Origin: a virus | Taxonomy: Duplodnaviria; Heunggongvirae; Uroviricota; Caudoviricetes | Direction: 5' to 3' (one strand) | Virus record (IMG/VR): IMGVR_UViG_2547132420_000011 | DNA: 43,501 bases | Program-made: the position numbers and the translations under genes | Notes under the pieces: generated by a model | Databases searched by the model: none | The model's input: only the letters and a program-made list of their open reading frames with translations | Told to the model about the DNA's origin: nothing | Shown here: positions 34,837 to 43,501 of the stretch, piece after piece | Numbering within the stretch: the stretch's first letter is position 1 | Layout of the letters: every line of letters starts with the position of its first letter

Positions 34837-35225
34837 CGTTTACTGAAATCAGAAATACGGTTATTTCCAGAATGACGGCACAGACGATTATTGATGGAAA
34901 AGACGTATTGTATCCGAACGCGCCAACGTTCGATCCTTCCGGTAAGTTAATCTGGGCGCGGTTAAGTAATATTCCCGGGCAGGCTGGAGTTAATGAAATT
35001 GGCGCGGGGCCGATTGTTTATCGCACGGGGATAATCATTATTCAGTTATTTGTCCCCGCAGGTTCTGGTTCAAAACTCATTACTGAGACAGCCGATAAAT
35101 TGCGGGAACTGTTTGAGTTTCAGGATGACGATCGTCTCAGTTACCAGGCTGTTTCCTCAATAGCCGTTGGCGAAAAGAATGGCTGGTTCCAGCTTAATCT
35201 TCAAATTCCATATCGCGCGCTCTAG
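34833..35225 (+). CDS. Putative tail terminator / tail completion protein
   Basis: 130 aa; ATGA overlap with upstream gene; called by position before major tail protein. Confidence 0.5.
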   Translation: MTFTEIRNTVISRMTAQTIIDGKDVLYPNAPTFDPSGKLIWARLSNIPGQAGVNEIGAGPIVYRTGIIIIQLFVPAGSGSKLITETADKLRELFEFQDDDRLSYQAVSSIAVGEKNGWFQLNLQIPYRAL

Positions 35226-35251
35226 CGCAATTAATGACATAGGAGGCTCCT

Positions 35252-36214
35252 GTGAGTTCAGGTGCAAAGGTTATCTCGGCATTTATCCGGGAGACGGTTG
35301 CAGGCACTACGCCAGCAAGTGGTGACTGGAGTTTATTAAAACGCACAAGCTGGGGAGTAAAACCCACCCAGAATAAAGGCGAAAATAATGAGATTGGTGG
35401 CTCCCGGATGGCTCAGGGGGCGACGCCTGGCACTGTGGATGTCGGCGGTGATGTTGGTACCAAATTTCGCTGGGGTCAACATGATGATTTTCTTGCATCC
35501 TGTTTCGGCGCGGAATGGTCAGGCGATTCTCTGACAATGGGGAATGAGCGAATAACATTTTCTCTGGCGACCTATGCGTCCGATGTCGGAATTGCCTCTG
35601 TCGTCAGAGGAGCGCAGGTTGGCTCATGGAAAATGCAGATCCCTAACGACGGCGATATTACAGCGACCGTAACCTTTGCCGGACTGGACTGGGAATCAAA
35701 GGCCGATGATACGAATTTTATCAAAGGCGAACCTGTGGATAGTGCAGGAAAGCTACGTTATTCGTTTAAGGAGGTTTCAGCAGTAAGCCTGAATGGTGTT
35801 GCCGGAGGTAACGGTTTTTGTATCGACAGTTTTGATATTCAGTTCGATAACAAACTCCAGACACAGCGTTGTATCGGGACTGGCTCGCCTTATGCAGGAG
35901 CAAATATTCCGACTACTTTTACACCGTCCGGTACGGTGACGCTTTCATGGTCTAAAGCCGCGTGGGAAATCTGGAGTAAAACACTGACTGGAGAAACAGT
36001 TCCGTTCAGCTTCACGCTTTCGAATGGAGAGGGGGCATACACTTTCAGTTTCCCGAAGGTTCAGGTGTCAGGTGAATGGCCTGATGGGGGTAATAGCGAC
36101 ATTATCCAGGTTCAATTGAGCATTACCGCAGCAGATGAAGCACCTACGATAACCAGAAAAAAAAATTCCCCGGCTGCCGTGATCGCAAAAGCCAGTGCTG
36201 AGGCGATTAGTTGA
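35252..36214 (+). CDS. Major tail (tube) protein
   Basis: 320 aa; GTG start preceded by AGGAGG (35241-35246); immediately upstream of tail assembly chaperone and tape measure. Confidence 0.7.
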   Translation: MSSGAKVISAFIRETVAGTTPASGDWSLLKRTSWGVKPTQNKGENNEIGGSRMAQGATPGTVDVGGDVGTKFRWGQHDDFLASCFGAEWSGDSLTMGNERITFSLATYASDVGIASVVRGAQVGSWKMQIPNDGDITATVTFAGLDWESKADDTNFIKGEPVDSAGKLRYSFKEVSAVSLNGVAGGNGFCIDSFDIQFDNKLQTQRCIGTGSPYAGANIPTTFTPSGTVTLSWSKAAWEIWSKTLTGETVPFSFTLSNGEGAYTFSFPKVQVSGEWPDGGNSDIIQVQLSITAADEAPTITRKKNSPAAVIAKASAEAIS

Positions 36215-36262
36215 TTTTCCGTTATTCCTCCTGTGGTACTGCCCTACAGGGGGACGCATTGA

Positions 36263-36724
36263 ATGAGGTTATGGATGTTTATTCTTAATCAGAAAATTAT
36301 CATTGGTGTAGAACGCTGGTTTACGCCAATGAAGGACTTAAAACCTGTAGACGGGTTAAAACTGTTGGTGGCAAGCAGCGATAACGATCAGTATCGCTCC
36401 CGTAATGCATTAATCCGTCGCCACATTGAGAAAATGGATGCCAGTTTGCACGTCGGAACGAAGGAGTTTGATATTTCAAAGGTTTCCGAGGTGGATTCTG
36501 TTGATGATTTACTCATTGATAATGCCGCTCGTTATCTGCTGAAAGACTGGAAAGGGGTTGGTGAACTGGTTAATGGTGTTGAGGTTGCACTGGAATATAC
36601 GGCAGAACGAGGGATCGCGCTGCTTAAGCAGAATCCAGAGTTGTACTGGCAGATCCTTGCAGAAGCAGCCAGCATCGCCCAGGGTAAAGAGCAGCAGAAG
36701 CAGGATACGATAAAAAAGCCATAG
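36263..36724 (+). CDS. Tail assembly chaperone (lambda G-like)
   Basis: 153 aa; ATG preceded by GGGGG; acidic protein upstream of tape measure; contains slippery site near its 3' end. Confidence 0.7.
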   Translation: MRLWMFILNQKIIIGVERWFTPMKDLKPVDGLKLLVASSDNDQYRSRNALIRRHIEKMDASLHVGTKEFDISKVSEVDSVDDLLIDNAARYLLKDWKGVGELVNGVEVALEYTAERGIALLKQNPELYWQILAEAASIAQGKEQQKQDTIKKP

Positions 36725-37032
36725 CTGCCCAGCGGTGGTTATCGGAGTTCGGGGGAGAAAGGGGGGAAAAGGCAAGATGGAAGCGAGAAAAACTCAGGTT
36801 GCCACCGATACCGGAACCAGAAATAGACCCGGTGCTTAAGGAGTTGTTGTACGCCTATTCGGTAATATCCCGTGCCCGACGTTATGCTGGAATGGCTGGG
36901 GGGCCTTTGCCTTTATCTCTGACAGAGATAAATGAATATTTAACCACTCATCCGGTATTGATTGAGCGCGATGAATTTGAAGCAGTGATCTTTGCACTGG
37001 ATGACCAGTATTTTCAGGAGCAGTGTGTGTAG
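36263..37032 (+). CDS. Tail assembly chaperone frameshift fusion (lambda GT-like), produced by -1 slip at 36712-36718
   Basis: -1 frame continues ...AIAAQRWLSEFGGERGEKARWKREKLRLPPIPEPE... to stop TAG 37030-37032; standard G/GT arrangement upstream of tape measure. Confidence 0.55.
36712..36718 (+). other. Programmed -1 ribosomal frameshift site A_AAA_AAG (G to GT)
   Basis: Heptamer A AAA AAG in the zero frame of G, 4 nt before the G stop (TAG 36722-36724); the -1 frame is open from 36688 to 37032. Confidence 0.6.
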
Positions 37033-37152
37033 TTGTTAATTACGTACACTCTGTTACAGAGATGTGATGGTGTCTTTAATTAAATCGATGATGCTCCTGG
37101 AGAAAAGCATTGCGTGGCCTCGTAATCGCTATATCTACTATTATGTCGCCTG

Positions 37153-37177
37153 AAACCCACTTCGCGGTGGGTTTTTT
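37153..37177 (+). terminator. Intrinsic terminator-like hairpin between GT and tape measure gene
   Basis: Stem AAACCCAC (37153-37160), loop TTCGCG, stem GTGGGTTT, T-run to 37177. Confidence 0.5.
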
Positions 37178-37197
37178 GTTGTCAGGAGTTTTAATAA

Positions 37198-40100
37198 ATG
37201 GCAGAGCAAACCTCGCGTCTCGCAATAATTATTGATAGCACTGGAGCGAAAAATAATGCTGACAATCTGACCTCCTCATTAGTCAAAATGACGCAGGCTG
37301 GGGAAACTGCTGCAAATAGCGCAGGGAAAGTGACTAAGGCAACAGAAGATGAGAAGAACGCGCTCGCAAAATTAAAAGCAGCTATTGATCCAGTTGGTGC
37401 CGCAATTGATACTGTCGGTCGACGCTATTCTGAATTAAAGAAATTTTTCGATAAAGGGCTTATTGATAAAGAAGAATATGAATTTCTTGTCCGTAAACTT
37501 AATGAAACCACAGAGGAATTGAGCGGGGTTGCGCAAGCGCAGAGAGAAGCCGAGAAGGCCGGAAAACTTGCTGCCGCCCAGCAGGAAGCGCAGGCTCAGG
37601 CCTTTCAAAGAATGCTGGACAAGATCGACCCTCTGGCTGCGGCGCTAAGAAATCTTGAACAACAGCATGATGAACTTAATGCTGCGTTTGCATCCGGGAA
37701 AATAAATGGTTCTCAGTTTGAGAATTATAGCCGAAAAATACAGGAAACACGGCGAGAGCTTACCGGAGAGGCTCAGGCAGAGCGAGAAGCAGCAAAAGCG
37801 CATGATGAACAGGTTGTTGCTTTGCAACGTCTGATTGCTCAACTTGATCCTGTCGGAACTGCTTTTAATCGTCTGGTAGAACAACAGAAACAGCTCAATG
37901 AAGCAAAAGCTAAGGGGATGCTTTCTCCTGAAATGTATGAGGAGCTTTCTGGAAAACTTCGTGCTATGCGGAGTGAGCTTGAGGTTACTCAATCACAATT
38001 AAGCAAAACCGGAATGTCGGCAAAACAAACGGCTTTTGCTATGCGCATGTTGCCTGCACAAATGACGGATATTGTTGTTGGGTTGTCCACTGGTCAGTCG
38101 CCATTTATGGTGTTAATGCAGCAGGGCGGCCAGCTAAAAGATATGTTCGGTGGGATTGGCCCGGCGATCAAAGGGGTAGGTTCTTATGTGCTGGGATTAA
38201 TTAATCCTTTTACCCTGGCCGCAGCAGCCGTTGGGGTCTTAGGACTGGCTTACTATAAAGGCTCTCAGGAGCAGGACGAATTTAATAAATCTCTTATTCT
38301 TACCGGAAATCAGTTGGGGACAACCAGCGGGCAATTGGGCGATTTAGCTCAACGTGCCGGGAATGCGGCTGATTCGACAACTGGTGCTGCGGCGGCAGTA
38401 TTAAATCAGCTTGTGCGTTCGGGAAAGGTAGCGAGCAGTTCGCTGGAGCAAGTGACGACAGCGATAGTAAAAACGAGCGAAGTAACAGGAATATCAACCG
38501 AACAACTGGTTAATGACTTCAATGAAATTGCAAAGGATCCTGTCAGTGCCATATCAAAACTTAATGATCAGTACCATTTTCTGACACTTGCGACTTATAA
38601 CCAGATTAAGGCGCTACAGGATGAAGGGAACCAGCAGGAGGCCGCCCGCATTGCGACAGAAGAATACTCATCCTCAATGATCCAGCGCACCAACCAGATT
38701 AAAGAAAATCTTGGTTATCTTGAGACTGCATGGAAAGCTGTCGCAGACTCCGCAAAATGGGCATGGGATTCCATGCTGGATATTGGCCGTGAGGCCTCCC
38801 TTGATCAAAAAATCTCAGATGTTCTCCGTCAAATTGATGAAATAGAAAAAAATACCCGATCCGGAGTTTTCGGGTTAGGTGGCATTGGAGATGGCGGAGC
38901 TCAAAATAAAAGGCTGGCACGATTAAAGCAGCAATTGGGCGTACTTCAAGCAGAAAAAATTGCTCAGGACGTACTAAATTCATCAATAAACGATTACAAC
39001 AAGCGACAACAGGAAGGAATTGAACTCAGACAGAGAGCAGATGCCTTTTCAAAACAATATCAGACCCGGGAGCAGCAGAGAGCTAGTGAACTTGCAAAAC
39101 TGGAAAAGCTAAAGAATCAGTATTCAAAGGAAGAATATAATAATCTTATCGCTCAAATAAATGAGCGTTATAAAGATCCAAAGCAACCAAAGGCGAAAGA
39201 TTATTCTGATGATGCAGCCCAACGAATGATTGATCATCTGAATCAACAGAATGCGTTACTAAGTTCACAAGCTGAGTTGACCGTTAAATTAAGTTCCTCT
39301 GAACAGGAACTGGTTAAGTGGCGTCAGCGGATTGCCGACCTAGAGTCACGACCATCATCGAAATTAACCCAGGATCAGAAATCGCTTCTCTTACACCGGG
39401 AAGAAATAACCACGTTGATGGAGAAAAATGTTGCGATTGAAAAAAATAACAGGCTAATCAAGGAATCCGCCGAAATAACAGCATGGCGTGATTCATTGCA
39501 GGCTTCGATTGATAATCGTCAGCAGGGGTATGATATTCAGATTGCTGGTTATGGGGTTGGCGATAAAAATCAGCAACGCCAGCAGGAATTACTGCGGATT
39601 GAACATGGATATAACAATCAGCGTCTGCAACTTGAACGTGACTATGCAGATAAATCCCGTGGAATGTCAGATCATGTTTTTCAAGAGAAAATGCAGGCTC
39701 TGAATGATGCTCTGGAACGGGAAAAAGAAATTGTCAGACAGAAAAACGAGCAGCTCGATATTCAGGCAGGAGACTGGGTTAGTGGTGCCTCCCAGGGATT
39801 CAATAACTGGCTGGATGACACTAAGGATATCAGTGAGCAGATAAAATCAACCACGACTCAGATGTTTGATGGGATGACCGATGCGCTGGGTGATTTTGTC
39901 ACGACAGGCAAGGCAAATTTTCGTTCTTTCGCTACTTCCGTGATTTCGGATCTTAGTCGAATAGCATTAAAGGCTTCAATTACTGGGATTTTCGACAGCA
40001 TTAGTAACAGTTCTTCTGGGGGGATTTTAGGAACTATCGGGAGTGCTATTAGTAAATTTATTCCGAATGCAAAGGGCGGTGTTTATGAGTCTCCGTCATT

Positions 40101-40431
40101 GAGCACGTATTCGAACGGTATTTATGATTCCCCGCAATTTTTTGCTTTTGCAAAAGGGGCTGGTGTTTTTGGTGAGGCTGGACCGGAAGCCATTATGCCA
40201 TTAACACGAACTTCCGATGGTTCTCTTGGTGTCAGAGCTATTAATAGTAAAAGTGGTAATGGAGGCGGAGATATTACCTATGCCCCTGTATACCAAATCA
40301 CTATTCAAAATGACGGCCAGAATGGAGAGATTGGCCCTCAGGCAATAAAAGCACTTATGGGGATGGTTGATCAGCGGGTGCAGGGCAATCTGTTAAATAT
40401 GCGACGTGATGGGGGAATGTTAAGTGGCTAA
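37198..40431 (+). CDS. H: Tail tape measure protein (lambda H-like)
   Basis: 1077 aa; long coiled-coil/Ala-Gln-rich N-terminal part, hydrophobic Gly-rich segment, C-terminal region resembling lambda gpH; AGGAG upstream. Confidence 0.9.
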
Positions 40432-40762
40432 TACGGAAGAATTTCACTGGTTACCAGAGGATGGAATGAAAACAGAAAATAAACCATCGATAAAAACTGT
40501 AAGATTTGGCGATGGTTATGAGCAACGAAGTCCAAATGGACTTAATCATTCTCTGCGCGTTTTCACCTGTGATTTCAAAGTTGAGGCGAATGAACGTGAT
40601 TCATTTGAAAAATTTTTAGCCCGGCATGAAGGCTATAAATCTTTTTTTTGGCGCCCGCCGGGTATTAACAGAAAAATCAGAGTGGTGTGTCGAACGTGGT
40701 CAGCGACAGAACATATCACCTATACCGATTTTTCGTGTCAGTTTGACGAAGTGGTGATCTGA
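40424..40762 (+). CDS. M: Minor tail protein M (lambda gpM-like)
   Basis: 112 aa; motifs [16 protein letters not shown] and FWRPP ... VVCRTWS resemble lambda gpM; overlaps H 3' end. Confidence 0.85.
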
Positions 40763-41460
40763 TGCAGGACATACAACAGGAAACGCTGAATGAATGCATT
40801 CGTGCGGAGCAGTCGGCCAGCGTGGTGCTCTGGGAAATCGACCTGACCGAGGTAGGCGGGGATCGCTACTTTTTCTGTAATGAGCAGAACGAAAAAGGTG
40901 AGTCTGTCACCTGGCAGAGTCGGCAGTATCAGGCCTATCCCATTCAGGGGAGTGGATTTGAGATGAACGGCAAGGGCAGTGCTGCCCGTCCGACACTGAC
41001 GGTCTCTAACCTGCACGGCATGATCACCGGGATGGCGGAAGATCTGCAGAGTCTGGTCGGCGGAACGGTGGTCCGGCGTAAGGTTTACGCCCGCTTTCTG
41101 GATGCGGTGAACTTCGTCAACGGAAACAGCGAAGCCGATCCGGAGCAGGAGGTGATCAGCCGCTGGCGCATCGAGCAGTGCAGCGAACTGAGCGCGGTCA
41201 GTGCCTCTTTTGTACTGTCCACGCCGACTGAAACGGATGGCGCTGTTTTTCCGGGACGTATCATGCTGGCCAACACCTGCACCTGGACCTATCGCGGCGA
41301 TGAGTGCGGTTATAGCGGTCCGGCGGTCGCGGATGAATATGACCAGCCGACGTCCGATATCACGAAGGATAAATGCAGCAAATGCCTGAGTGGCTGTAAG
41401 TTTCGCAATAATGTCGGCAACTTTGGCAGCTTCCTTTCCATTAACAAACTTTCGCAGTAA
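40762..41460 (+). CDS. L: Minor tail protein L (lambda gpL-like)
   Basis: 232 aa; C-terminal Cys cluster CTWTYRGDECGY ... CSKCLSGCKFRNN typical of gpL; ATGA overlap with M. Confidence 0.85.
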   Translation: MQDIQQETLNECIRAEQSASVVLWEIDLTEVGGDRYFFCNEQNEKGESVTWQSRQYQAYPIQGSGFEMNGKGSAARPTLTVSNLHGMITGMAEDLQSLVGGTVVRRKVYARFLDAVNFVNGNSEADPEQEVISRWRIEQCSELSAVSASFVLSTPTETDGAVFPGRIMLANTCTWTYRGDECGYSGPAVADEYDQPTSDITKDKCSKCLSGCKFRNNVGNFGSFLSINKLSQ

Positions 41461-41465
41461 ATCCC

Positions 41466-42209
41466 ATGACAGAGACAGAATCAGCGATTCTGGCGCACGC
41501 CCGGCGATGTGCGCCAGCGGAGTCGTGCGGCTTCGTGGTGAGAACGCCGGAGGAGGAAAGATATTTTCCCTGCGTGAATATCTCCGGTGAGCCGGAGGAG
41601 TATTTCCGGATGTCGCCGGAGGACTGGCTGAGTGCAGAAATGCAGAGAGAGATTGTGGCGCTGGTCCACAGCCACCCCGGTGGTCTGCCCTGGCTGAGTG
41701 AGGCCGACCGGCGGCTGCAGGTACAGAGTGATTTGCCGTGGTGGCTGGTCTGCCGGGGGGCGATTCATAAATTCCGCTGTGTGCCGCATCTCACCGGGCG
41801 GCGCTTTGAGCACGGGGTAACGGACTGTTACACGCTGTTCCGGGACGCTTACCATCTGGCGGGAATTGAGATGCCGGATTTTCATCGCGGGGATGACTGG
41901 TGGCGTAACGGTCAGAATCTCTATCTGGATAATCTGGAGGCCACAGGGCTGTATCAGGTGCCGTTGTCAGCGGCGCAGCCGGGCGATGTGCTGCTGTGCT
42001 GTTTTGGTTCATCGGTGCCGAATCATGCCGCCATTTACTGTGGTGACAGCGAGCTGCTGCACCATATTCCTGAACAACTGAGCAAACGAGAGAGGTACAC
42101 CGACAAATGGCAGCGACGCACACACTCCCTCTGGCGTCACCGGGCATGGCACGCATCTGCCTTTACGGGGATTTACAACGATTTGGCCGCCGCATCGACC
42201 TTCGAGTGA
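41466..42209 (+). CDS. K: Tail assembly protein K (lambda gpK-like, MPN/JAB plus NlpC/P60-like)
   Basis: 247 aa; N-terminus MTETESAILAHARRCAPAESCGFVV and HSHPGG (JAB motif) then Cys/His peptidase-like region. Confidence 0.85.
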   Translation: MTETESAILAHARRCAPAESCGFVVRTPEEERYFPCVNISGEPEEYFRMSPEDWLSAEMQREIVALVHSHPGGLPWLSEADRRLQVQSDLPWWLVCRGAIHKFRCVPHLTGRRFEHGVTDCYTLFRDAYHLAGIEMPDFHRGDDWWRNGQNLYLDNLEATGLYQVPLSAAQPGDVLLCCFGSSVPNHAAIYCGDSELLHHIPEQLSKRERYTDKWQRRTHSLWRHRAWHASAFTGIYNDLAAASTFE

Positions 42210-42748
42210 AAACGGGGTCCGAAGCCATCCGGGCGCTGGCCATGCAGATCCCGGCATTTCGTCAGAAACTGAGCGACGGCTGGTACCAGGTACGCATTGC
42301 CGGGCGTGATGCAGGTGAAACCGAATTGTCTGCCCGTCTTAATGAGCCGCTGGAAAATGGTGCCGTGATCCATATCGTGCCGCGTCTGGCAGGAGCCAAA
42401 AGTGGCGGTGTGTTTCAGGCTGTGCTGGGGGCGGCTGTTATGGCGGTTGCTATATGGATGCCGGGGGTAGGAATTATGGCGAGTAATCTGCTGTTTTCTC
42501 TCGGTGCCAGTATGACGCTTGGCGGTGTTGCACAGATGCTGGCCCCTAAACCCAAAACCCCCCGCACACAGACAACGGATAACGGCAAACAGAATACCTA
42601 TTTTTCTTCACTGGATAACATGGTTGCCCAGGGCAATGTTCTGCCGGTTCTGTACGGTGAAATGCGCGTGGGGTCACGCGTGGTTTCTCAGGAGATCAGC
42701 ACGGCAGACGAAGGGGATGGTGGTCAGGTTGTGGTGATTGGTCGCTGA
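42107..42748 (+). CDS. I: Tail assembly protein I (lambda gpI-like)
   Basis: 213 aa; N-terminus MAATHTLPLASPGMARICLYGDLQRFGRRIDLRVKTG as lambda gpI from memory; overlaps K 3' end by about 100 nt (internal ATG at 42146 is an alternative start). Confidence 0.75.
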   Translation: MAATHTLPLASPGMARICLYGDLQRFGRRIDLRVKTGSEAIRALAMQIPAFRQKLSDGWYQVRIAGRDAGETELSARLNEPLENGAVIHIVPRLAGAKSGGVFQAVLGAAVMAVAIWMPGVGIMASNLLFSLGASMTLGGVAQMLAPKPKTPRTQTTDNGKQNTYFSSLDNMVAQGNVLPVLYGEMRVGSRVVSQEISTADEGDGGQVVVIGR

Positions 42749-42808
42749 TGCAAAATGTTTTATGTGAAACCGCCTCCGGGCGGTTTTATCGTTTATGGAG
42801 CATGACGA

Positions 42809-43501
42809 ATGGGTAAAGGCAGCAGTAAGGGGCATACCCCGCGCGAAGCGAAGGACAACCTGAAGTCCACGCAGCTGCTGAGTGTGATCGATGCCATCAG
42901 CGAAGGGCCGGTTGAAGGTCCGGTGGATGGATTAAAAAGCGTGCTGCTGAACAGTACGCCGGTGCTGGACAGTGAGGGGAATACCAATATATCCGGCGTC
43001 ACGGTGGTGTTCCGGGCCGGTGAGCAGGAGCAGACACCGCCGGAGGGATTTGAATCCTCCGGCTCCGAGACGGTGCTGGGTACGGAAGTGAAGTACGACA
43101 CGCCGATTACCAGGACCATCACGTCGGCAAACATCGACCGTCTGCGCTTTACCTTCGGTGTGCAGGCACTGGTGGAAACCACCTCAAAGGGGGACCGGAA
43201 TCCGTCGGAAGTCCGCCTGCTGGTTCAGATACAGCGTAATGGTGGCTGGGTGACGGAAAAAGACATCACCATTAAAGGCAAAACCACCTCGCAGTATCTG
43301 GCATCGGTGGTGGTGGGTAACCTGCCGCCGCGCCCGTTCAATATCCGGATGCGCAGGATGACGCCGGACAGCACCACAGACCAGCTGCAGAACAAAACGC
43401 TCTGGTCGTCATACACCGAAATCATCGATGTGAAACAGTGCTACCCGAACACGGCACTGGTCGGCGTACAGGTGGATTCGGAGCAGTTCGGCAGCCAGCA
43501 G
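42809..43501 (+). CDS. J: Host specificity / tip attachment protein J, 5' partial (runs off window)
   Basis: ATG at 42809 preceded by GGAG; open frame to the window end (231 codons, no stop); N-terminus MGKGSSKGHTPREAKDNLKSTQLLSVIDAISEGP matches lambda gpJ; not in the ORF track because it lacks a stop. Confidence 0.85.
   Translation, partial: MGKGSSKGHTPREAKDNLKSTQLLSVIDAISEGPVEGPVDGLKSVLLNSTPVLDSEGNTNISGVTVVFRAGEQEQTPPEGFESSGSETVLGTEVKYDTPITRTITSANIDRLRFTFGVQALVETTSKGDRNPSEVRLLVQIQRNGGWVTEKDITIKGKTTSQYLASVVVGNLPPRPFNIRMRRMTPDSTTDQLQNKTLWSSYTEIIDVKQCYPNTALVGVQVDSEQFGSQQ

Larger units (their letters stand above)
545..43501. mobile_element. Lambdoid (Rac-like) prophage, integrase end at left, tail genes running off right edge; contains an internal cargo block
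   Basis: Gene order int-xis-exonuclease-repressor/cro-replication ... nin-Q-lysis-terminase-head-tail-J matches lambdoid prophage architecture; right boundary is outside the window, left att site not identified. Confidence 0.8.

Noticed and set aside
37645-38986. Antisense ORFs within the tape measure gene (37645..37992, 38699..38986)
   Set aside because: Nested antisense to a 1077-aa gene; no start signals

Overview
This 43.5-kb window is almost entirely a lambdoid, Rac-like prophage from an Escherichia-like enterobacterial chromosome, with an 8-kb block of non-phage genes embedded in it. Left arm (minus strand): lambda-family integrase, excisionase-like gene, a large RecE-like protein ending in a DEDDh 3'-5' exonuclease domain, small kil-like ORFs, a cI-like repressor divergent from cro-like and YdaT/CII-like genes, and a replication initiator whose gene carries an iteron array. 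Cargo block (about 9.5-17.9 kb): BetT-like BCCT transporter, DUF2254-like membrane protein, LysR regulator, ChaC-like cyclotransferase, MFS transporter and a YeaR-like gene, followed by 790 bp of AT-rich DNA. Right arm (plus strand): DUF1367 and YbcO-like nin genes, a Q-like antiterminator with a tR'-like terminator, two paralogous lipoproteins whose C-terminal domains resemble TolA domain III, a phage-21-type lysis cassette (pinholin, SAR endolysin, Rz/Rz1), trkG, a ParB-like protein plus an unknown partner, terminase small and large subunits, portal, head genes, and a lambda-like tail module (G/GT with a -1 frameshift site, tape measure H, M, L, K, I, and the 5' part of J running off the window). 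No rRNA, tRNA or CRISPR array was detected by eye. Family assignments are from motif recognition and memory, not database searches. The most interesting candidates are the TolA-III-like lipoprotein morons, the immunity-adjacent small-gene cluster with a 19-bp perfect inverted repeat, and the ParB-like/unknown pair upstream of the terminase.
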